Below are positions 56,980 to 64,000 of a stretch of 64,000 nucleotides of DNA, in pieces (positions within the stretch are counted from its first letter, which is position 1; each line of letters opens with the position of its first letter). The notes under the pieces are model-generated. The model saw nothing but the letters and a program-made list of their open reading frames with translations. It had not been told where the DNA came from and ran no database searches. The DNA lies in assembly GCA_013239625.1 (NCBI GenBank), contig MU053448.1:310001-374000 (forward strand), in the 5' to 3' direction. The stretch is from Lama guanicoe (taxonomy: Eukaryota). A program made the translations under genes and the position numbers.

Positions 56980-57535
56980 GCTAGTTACCGAGCACTTATG
57001 AGTTGCCTGACATCTCATATGCATTGTCTCCCACTGGCTGAACATTCCAAGAGGTGGGTAGTGATACCCCCACACCAGAGATAAAGAAACTGAGGTAAAA
57101 GAATTTCCGCAAGATCATATAGAAGGTAGCTAACTCAGAACTCAAGGCCAGGTCTCTCTGACTCTACAGCACACGGAGGAACCTTTTAGTGGGATGAAAG
57201 TGTCTTTCTGTTTTCTTCATCTTTTCTTTAGGGATGAGTGTTTGGCCTTTGGGGTCTCCTTGGGCTCTGGATAACTAATCGGAGCTAGAGTGAGGCCAAG
57301 GGGAATGAGAATGATGCTGACGATGGCTAACATAAGTTAAGATCTTACTTGGCACTCCACCAAGTGCATTGCATCAATTACCTCAGTCCTCAAAGAAACT
57401 CTATGAGATGAATACTTCATTATCCTCATTTTAGAATGAGACTAAATAACTCACAAAAAGTCACATAGCTAGTAAGTGGCAGAAACAAGATTTGACACAG
57501 GCAGTCTGACTGCAAAGCCCTTCCCCTAAACCATT
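56980..57535. mobile_element. Two MIR SINE remnants
   Basis: AGATAAAGAAACTGAGG; GTCACATAGCTAGTAAGTGGCAGAAACAAGATTTGA core motifs. Confidence 0.7.
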
Positions 57536-57849
57536 GCAAACCTGACTAATCAGAGAGGTAAAGACATTGTTAAGAGACATGTTACAAGCGCTTACCCAAC
57601 TCATGCATCTTATCTGAAAATGCATGAACCTATAGTTTCTGCTGAAGGACTGGGTCTGAGTAGGTGTTTTGTACTTCATGACTCTCCTCCTGGCTCTGAT
57701 GATTGACCCACGTGTGGACATCTGCTTCCAGAGAGAGAGACCCTCTCTGTGGCCTGGGAATAGTCAAGGGGGTGTCCTCTCTTGGAAATTGGGAGTTGGG
57801 ATGAGGGGTCAGACAGATATTGGTGGGTCTTTGAGCCATGTATAAACAG

Positions 57850-59400
57850 ATGAAACCCAGACAAATTTCTGAGGAAAGATCTTTACAAGCAGAGAAGATA
57901 GCAAGTGCAAAGGCCCTGGCGCAGAAACATGTTTGGCATGTTGGAGAAATAGCAAGAAGACCATTGTACTTGGAGTGAAGTGGGTAAAGAGGAAAGTGGA
58001 AGAAAGAAAGGACAAAGGAGTCAGGAATTAATCAAGTATGGCTTATAGGCATTATAATGACCTTGGATTTTACTCAAAGTATGATGAGAAGCCATTGGAG
58101 GGTTTTGGTCAGGGAGAGAGGTAATCTAAAGCGTATTTGAAAAGCATCACATGTTTGCTAGGTGGAGATCAGATGACGGGACACAAAAATGGAAGCAGGG
58201 GAGCAGTTAGGAGGCTCTCGCATAGGTCCAGGTGAGAGATGGAAGTGTTCTGGGTTACATTATTGTGGAGGTGATGGGAAGTGGTCTGATTCAAGACAGA
58301 GCCAATTGGATTTCTTCTTGGATTGGATGTTGGGCATGAGAGAAAGAGAGAACTTGTGGATGATTCCAAAAGTTTTGGCCTAAGCAACTGGGGTGATGGT
58401 GGTCTATTTACTTAGAGGAATAGGAGTTGGGGAGGGGAGGTCCTACGTTCATCTTTGGACATGTTATAGTTGTGATACATATTATTTTGCAAGTGGGTCA
58501 CTGGATGTAGGACTATGGAATTTAGAACCGGATATCTATACATCTTAATTCCTCAGTTCTGAGGCACACATTTGCCATAGATTAATATCCCTGAAATCAG
58601 GATACATCCTGTTATCAATGGCTGTAATACAAGCAGAAGTTGTGACTTGGTTATGACATCTTCTTGGACACCTAGTAAGATCAAGAAAATAATGGCATTG
58701 ATGTATCTCAGATTTAATGAAAGATGTCACACCTGGGAGTTATTAGCATATTGAAAGCCACAGGAATAGATCACATTTAAAGCAGAGAGCTAGGGAATAA
58801 GCTTGGGTCATTCCAACATAGCAAGGACAGGACAAGAGGAGCCTGATAAGGAAGTTCCAGTCACATAGGAAGAAACCTAGGAAAATGTTAAGAAAAGGTT
58901 TCTATGATGAAGACATGAGCAACGGTGGACATACTCCTGGGAACTCACATATGGTAAGGACTGATGACTGCCATGCGACCTGGCCAAATGAAGGTCTTTG
59001 GTAACCTCTTCAAGAGTGTTCTGGTGAAGTGGTGGGAATAAAGCCTGCTTGGTGTGGTTCATGGTGGGATGGAGAAGTCAAGGTGGAAAGTAGAGACCAC
59101 TTGAAAAAGATTTGCTATTAAAAAAAAAGAGAGAGAGAGAAATGAAGTAGCTTCTGGAGGGATATGTGCTGTTCAAAGGAAGGTCTTTAAAGCTAGAATC
59201 CTGGGCATATTTATAAGTTGAATGAACAGATGCAGCAGGGAGGGAAGGATGGAGGAGAGGCAAGGCAAGGACTAATGACCTGAGTGGAGTCATGGATAGG
59301 TGAGTGGGTGGATCCAGAGCACTAGGAGGGGCACTGTCTACCTGTGAGATATGGGAAGCTTTATCCACAGTAACAGAGAAGAGAAAGAAACCACAATAGG
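57850..59400 (-). mobile_element. L2 LINE remnant
   Basis: CAAGTGCAAAGGCCCTGG, GAAGCCATTGGAGGGTTTTG, GATGATTCCAAAAGTTTTGGCCTAAGCAACTGG motifs. Confidence 0.8.
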
Positions 59401-60029
59401 CATGGTTATGATGGTACTTTTCATGGTGAGAAATTTCATTAGTTAGGGTGCTTCTGGCAGCACCAATATCTGGTTGTTAATTACTTCTAACCTCAGTAAG
59501 TCTTGGGGTGAATTGGCTCAAGACTGGGTGAGGGGTACATCTCCTATCTTCCATCCCTCCACTCTGCTGGCTTTTCTTCCGCAGGCCTGTTGTACCCGGG
59601 GTAACAGGTAATCATGAAGGACTGGAGAACGGAAAGAGTTAAGGAGCAGATGTTCAACAGTGTGCCTCTAGGAGTTCAGCTACATTCCAAGTGAGTGGAG
59701 TGGACTCACCTAGGGTTAGGTTTGCCAAGTAAGTACAAGTAAGGAGGGAGAGAGGAACAAGCGATCAGAGATAATGGGCAAGCAATATGGTAGGCCGAAA
59801 AATCTAACTTGGCAAAAGAGACAAGTGAGGATGTAAGTCAGGACTCCTAGAGGGGTTGAAGACCATTGGCATAGTTACTAGAGGAAGTGAACTAGAAAGA
59901 TAAGATGTGGTAACTGAAGAGCCAGAAGCTGACAATGGTGATCTTCAAGGTGATTTGGTGAATGGAACTCATCAGGGTGGTAAGTGGCTCAGGTGGAGCA
60001 GGAAGCAGGATGTTTAAAAGTGAGGCCCT

Positions 60030-60153
60030 AGGCAGGAGAGTTAGAGCATATGCTTAGCAAGCACGAGGGCCTGGGCTCAATCCCCGGTACTGCCATTAAA
60101 AAAAAAAAAAAGAATAAATAAACCTAATTATTTCCCTCCCAAGGGGGGAAAAA
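60030..60153 (+). mobile_element. vic-1-type camelid SINE, degenerate 5' end
   Basis: AGAGCATATGCTTAGCAAGCACGAGGGCCTGGGCTCAATCCCCGGTACT, A-run, AAACCTAATTATTTCCC tail. Confidence 0.8.
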
Positions 60154-60654
60154 AGCGATTTCCTGATGAACTGAGAGGTGAGGGCACTGGGTGGGCGACT
60201 CTTGTGCTAGGAAAGCCCTTGAGAATGGATCCAATGGTAGTAGTGGGAAAAAGATCATGAGCTGAGTGCTTAACTCTTCAGTGAACATGAGAAAAGAAGT
60301 GAGGAAAAGAAGTGTGGATTATTGCAATCAGGGGCAGAGGGTGGTATAATATGATAGCGTGTGTTTCAAAGAAGTTCAGTTTTGTGTTTTGTTTTGTTTT
60401 CTTAAGTGAAGCGGGAGGAATAATGGTGTAAGTAGCAGGGAATCACGTCATGCTCTAAGATGTACGGATGTGGGAGAATAAAAAGCCATTGTTGTCCACA
60501 GGAAACAACAGGTTTTTCATTAGAATAGCAATATGCTGAGAATATTACAAAATAAATTAAAGATGCTGCTGAAGACAGTCTGTAAGTCCCACAGTGTTTA
60601 GGGGTAGAGATGGGGAAACAGATGAGCAGTAGGAACCTAAATAAGATTAGGGAA

Positions 60655-62685
60655 ATACAAAGCTTTAAATTTATTCAACTTCCCTATTTTTGTTATTGTA
60701 GTTGCCTGTGCTTTTGGTGTTATGTTTAAAAAATCATTACTAAGTCCAATGTCATGAACTGAAGCGTTCCCCCATGTGTTCTTCTAAGAGTTTTATAGTT
60801 TTAGTTCTTATTTTTAGGTTTGATGAGTTAATTTTTATATATGGTGTAGCGTAAGGGTCCAATGTCTTTCTTTTGCATATGGATATCCAGTTTTCCCAGA
60901 ACCATTTATTGAAAAAGCTCTGCTTTCATCACTGAATGATCTTGGCACCCTTGTCGGAAGTCAATTGATCAGATATAGGAGCATTTATTCTGGGTTCTCT
61001 ATTCTATTTCATTGATCTATATGTTTATCCTTTTGGAATTGTCACACTGTTTTGTTTACTGTGGTTTTGTAGTAAATTTTCTTATCAGGAGGTGTGAGTC
61101 CTCCAACTTTGTTCTTTCAAGACTGTTTTGGCTTGTAATGTAGGTTTTCATAAATGTCCATTACCAGGTTGAGGAGTTCTCTTCTCTTTCTAGTTTGTTG
61201 ATAGTTTTTATGAGATGTTGGATTTTGTCAAAAGCATTATCTATATCTGTTGCGATGATCTTATGGTGAATTACGCTTAGATTTGAATGTTATATCAATC
61301 TTCAATTCTTGGGATGAACAGTTATCATGTATTATTCGTTCTGTATATTGTTGGAATCTACTTGCAAAAAGTTGACTAAAATTTTTTACATCTGTGTTTA
61401 TGAGGTATATTGGTGTTAAGTTTTCCTGTAATATCTTTTCTTGGTGTTGTTATCAGGGTGATGCAGTGCTTACAGAATGAAAATGTTCACTCCTCTTCAA
61501 TTTTCTGGAAGAGTTGTATATAATTGCTGTTTCTGGGCCTGGAAATTTCTTTCTTTGGAAGGTTGTTAACTATGAATTTAATTTCTTTAATAGGTATAGT
61601 CCTGTTCTATTTCTTTTTGAGAGCGTTTTGGCAGTGTGCAACTTTCATGGAATCAATCTGATATAAATTGTCAAATCTGTATGCATAGAATTGTTCCTAG
61701 TACAGGTGTCCCTTGCTTTTCACAAGTTCACTTTAAGCCACTTTGCTTTTATGAAAAGATCTACATTACTACCTGCTTTCGCTAACCAAAAGAAATCCCA
61801 AAAGAATTTTTGTTTTTATGAAAAAAGGCAAAAAATGAAAATAGTGTTCAGCGTTTGTTTTGCAGCAAGCTGTTGTAGAGGTAGCCTGCACCCCCAGAAG
61901 TGAGAGTGGCACCACCAAGCTCCTTCCCTAGGAACTACCCGCAGCATCTCAGCATCAAGCCACCCTAACTTTGAACTGTGTCTGTGATTGAGCTTTATCT
62001 CGATTTATTTTGTGCATCCCTTGGCAAGAAGTGTCCCTAAGGCAAATGTTTCTTTGCTTTATGCCATTTCTGCTGTCAAGGTTTCACAGGAATTTTGTAC
62101 TTTCAGATAGTGAGGGAAACCTGTATTTTGCTGTCTTTTTGAAGTCTTTAGTGATAACTTTTCTTGCATTCCTGATACTGGTAACTTGTGTTTTCTTTTT
62201 TTGGCGGGCCTATCATATCTTATTATCTTTTCAAAGGTCCGGCTTTTATTTTCACTAATTTTCTCTATAGTTTTTCTGGTTTTCAATTTCATTTCTTTCT
62301 GTTCCTCTATCATTTTCTGTCTTTTTGTTTTAGGGTATGTTGCTCTTCTTTTTCTGGTTTCTTTAAAACGTTAGCTTAGATTGTTGACTTAGGGCCTTTC
62401 TTATTTTCTAAAATATGCAGTTAATGTTATATATTTCACTTTAGTGAGTACTTTAGTTGCATCCCACAAATTCTTATGTTTTAACTTTTGTTCAATTCAA
62501 AATAGTTCTGTTTCCTTTGAGATTTCTTTAACCCACGGATTATCTAGCGGTGTACTGTTCAACGTCCAAGTGTTTGGAGATTGTCCTTAACTCTTACTCT
62601 TGAAGTTAATTCTATTATGATCAGAGAACATACCTTGTATGACTTCAATCGTTTAAAATTTCTTAAGAATTGTTCTATGGGTACT
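60655..62685 (-). mobile_element. Degraded L1 ORF2 with a nested TcMar-like element at ~61702-62123
   Basis: Antisense L1 ORF2 motifs; nested element bounded by TA-CAGGTGTCCCT / AGGGAAACCTG-TA. Confidence 0.75.
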
Positions 62686-62719
62686 GGTTCAGTGGAACTA
62701 AAAGCTCTCATTTCCTCCT

Positions 62720-63420
62720 CCGATCCCCCGCTACCAGCTCCTCCACGCATTCCGCTCAGGGCTGCAGTTAACATTCAGTGAGACAGACAAGAGGAGGCTC
62801 TAGCAGCCCGCCGCCAGCCACACCTCTAGCGCCAGCGCCCACCCACGCCGCCCAGCCCTACGGCACTCAGGTCTTGGACTCGTAGAGCACCAGCGCGCCG
62901 GCCGCCGTGCGAAGTCCAGGAGGGGAGCGTGTGCGTGCGTGCGTGTGTGCGTGCGGCGGAAATCCCGCCTCCCGGCGTCTGCGGCTGGCCCTGACCGAAA
63001 GGGGTGAGCTCAAGGAAGAAGAGTAGCGGGATTGAAGGAAGCAGGAGATTTGGGAGGAGGGGCGAGAAATCTTCTCTTCCCCACTGGCTGGGCCGGCGGA
63101 GACGCCTCGCTGCGATTCGCTGAGCAGCGGGGGCGGTAGCCCACTTCGGCCCGCCCCTCCGGCCGCGGGAGGCGCCGGGATCGCGAGCGCCGGCGGAGCC
63201 AGCATCGGCTGGGGCTGTGTCCTCACGCGCCGGAGCCAGGCGGCCAGGCCTCTGCCGTCGGGTCTTCGTCCCCGGAGGACGGCGAGGGTGGCCGGCCGCG
63301 GGGGCGGTGCGGGCCGGGGCCGGGCCGAGCCGGGGAAGGCGGGCGTTGGCGCATCCAAGGGACCAGGGCCTGCGCCGACCGCCCGCGGCGCGCGTCCTGG
63401 GCTGCCTTTTCATTTCCAAG
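62720..63420 (+). promoter_or_regulatory. HERC2 CpG island / promoter
   Basis: Dense CpG, GC boxes, E2F-like GGCGGAAATCCCGCC at 62955-62969, directly upstream of the HERC2 coding exon. Confidence 0.88.
63170..63261 (+). other. HERC2: Probable HERC2 non-coding exon 1 (boundaries approximate)
   Basis: Inside the CpG island upstream of the coding exon; resembles my recollection of the human HERC2 5'UTR (GATCGCGAGCGCCGGC.GAGCCAGC...); only a weak donor CGG|GTCTTC at 63262. Confidence 0.5.
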
Positions 63421-63892
63421 TGATTATTGTTTTAGATTTTTTTCTGCAGGCGTGAATTTTGATTAATTTACTTCACGCAGCAGCCGCTAGTCTGAGGTAA
63501 AGCGGCGTTGCATGCCGGTGTCATTTGTCGTTGAGATGTGGGCTCCCCGCAGCCTGTGTGTTTACCTTTTGGATTTAAGGGAAGGGGATGACATTGTGAT
63601 TTGGTCTCTGCTCGTCCATTCTCAAGGTCTCGCCGACACGGCACAGAACCGGGCGAATCCCCATGAGACTCTTACATGGACTGGAAATAGCCCTTTTCCT
63701 TCCTCGCTCCATCTTGCTCTTTCCGTCTCTCCTCTCACTCCCTTCCCCCAGCGCTTCTCTCCTTCCTTCTGTTCTGTCTTTTGCCGCATTAAAGCTTGCG
63801 GGAGGGTCTTTGTAAAATTCTGAAAAGCTTTAGATCTTCAACATTTCTGTTTTCCTCGCAGGTTTGACGACCGCTAGGAAACCGGAGGAAAG

Positions 63893-63964
63893 ATGCCTTC
63901 TGATTCTTTCTGTTTGGCTGCCCAGGCTCGACTTGACTCCAAATGGTTGAAAACAGATATACAG
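63893..63964 (+). CDS. HERC2: HERC2 E3 ubiquitin ligase, first coding exon (exon spans 63862-63964)
   Basis: Acceptor tttcctcgcAG at 63861, 31 nt UTR, ATG 63893, encodes MPSDSFCLAAQARLDSKWLKTDIQ (recognised HERC2 N-terminus), donor CAG|GTGAGG at 63965. Confidence 0.95.
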
Positions 63965-64000
63965 GTGAGGTTTTGACATACCTTTTTCTTGGTGTTTTCC

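Noticed and set aside
62826..63423. 197-aa and 163-aa minus-strand ORFs in the HERC2 island
   Set aside because: Typical GC-rich stop-codon depletion; no domain or splice support

Overview
Mammalian genomic DNA, very likely camelid, inferred from vic-1-type tRNA-derived SINEs and the absence of recognisable Alu, Bov-A or PRE-1 elements. It holds NIPA1 exons 1-4 on the minus strand (163+48+91+161 nt of CDS, all GT-AG and in frame; the last exon lies left of the window). About 27 kb away, head-to-head on the plus strand, is the 5' end of HERC2 (CpG island, probable non-coding exon 1, first coding exon MPSDSFCLAAQARLDSKWLKTDIQ). Most of the rest is interspersed repeats (L1, ERV/MaLR LTRs, Tigger/hAT fossils, L2/MIR). 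Repeat family names were assigned by eye from recalled consensus sequences and their boundaries are approximate. The most unusual unexplained structure is a degenerate ~73-bp tandem array of ~22 units at ~51.1-53.0 kb. Other notable items are several atypical L1-derived insertions (a 5'/3'-fused mini-L1, a mosaic insertion between direct repeats, an alternative 3'-tail family), an intragenic CpG-rich patch beside NIPA1 exon 4, a candidate HERC2 5'UTR cassette exon and tandem CTCF motifs. There is no evidence for prokaryotic-type systems. Almost all ORFs in the supplied track are L1 fragments or GC-rich artefacts.
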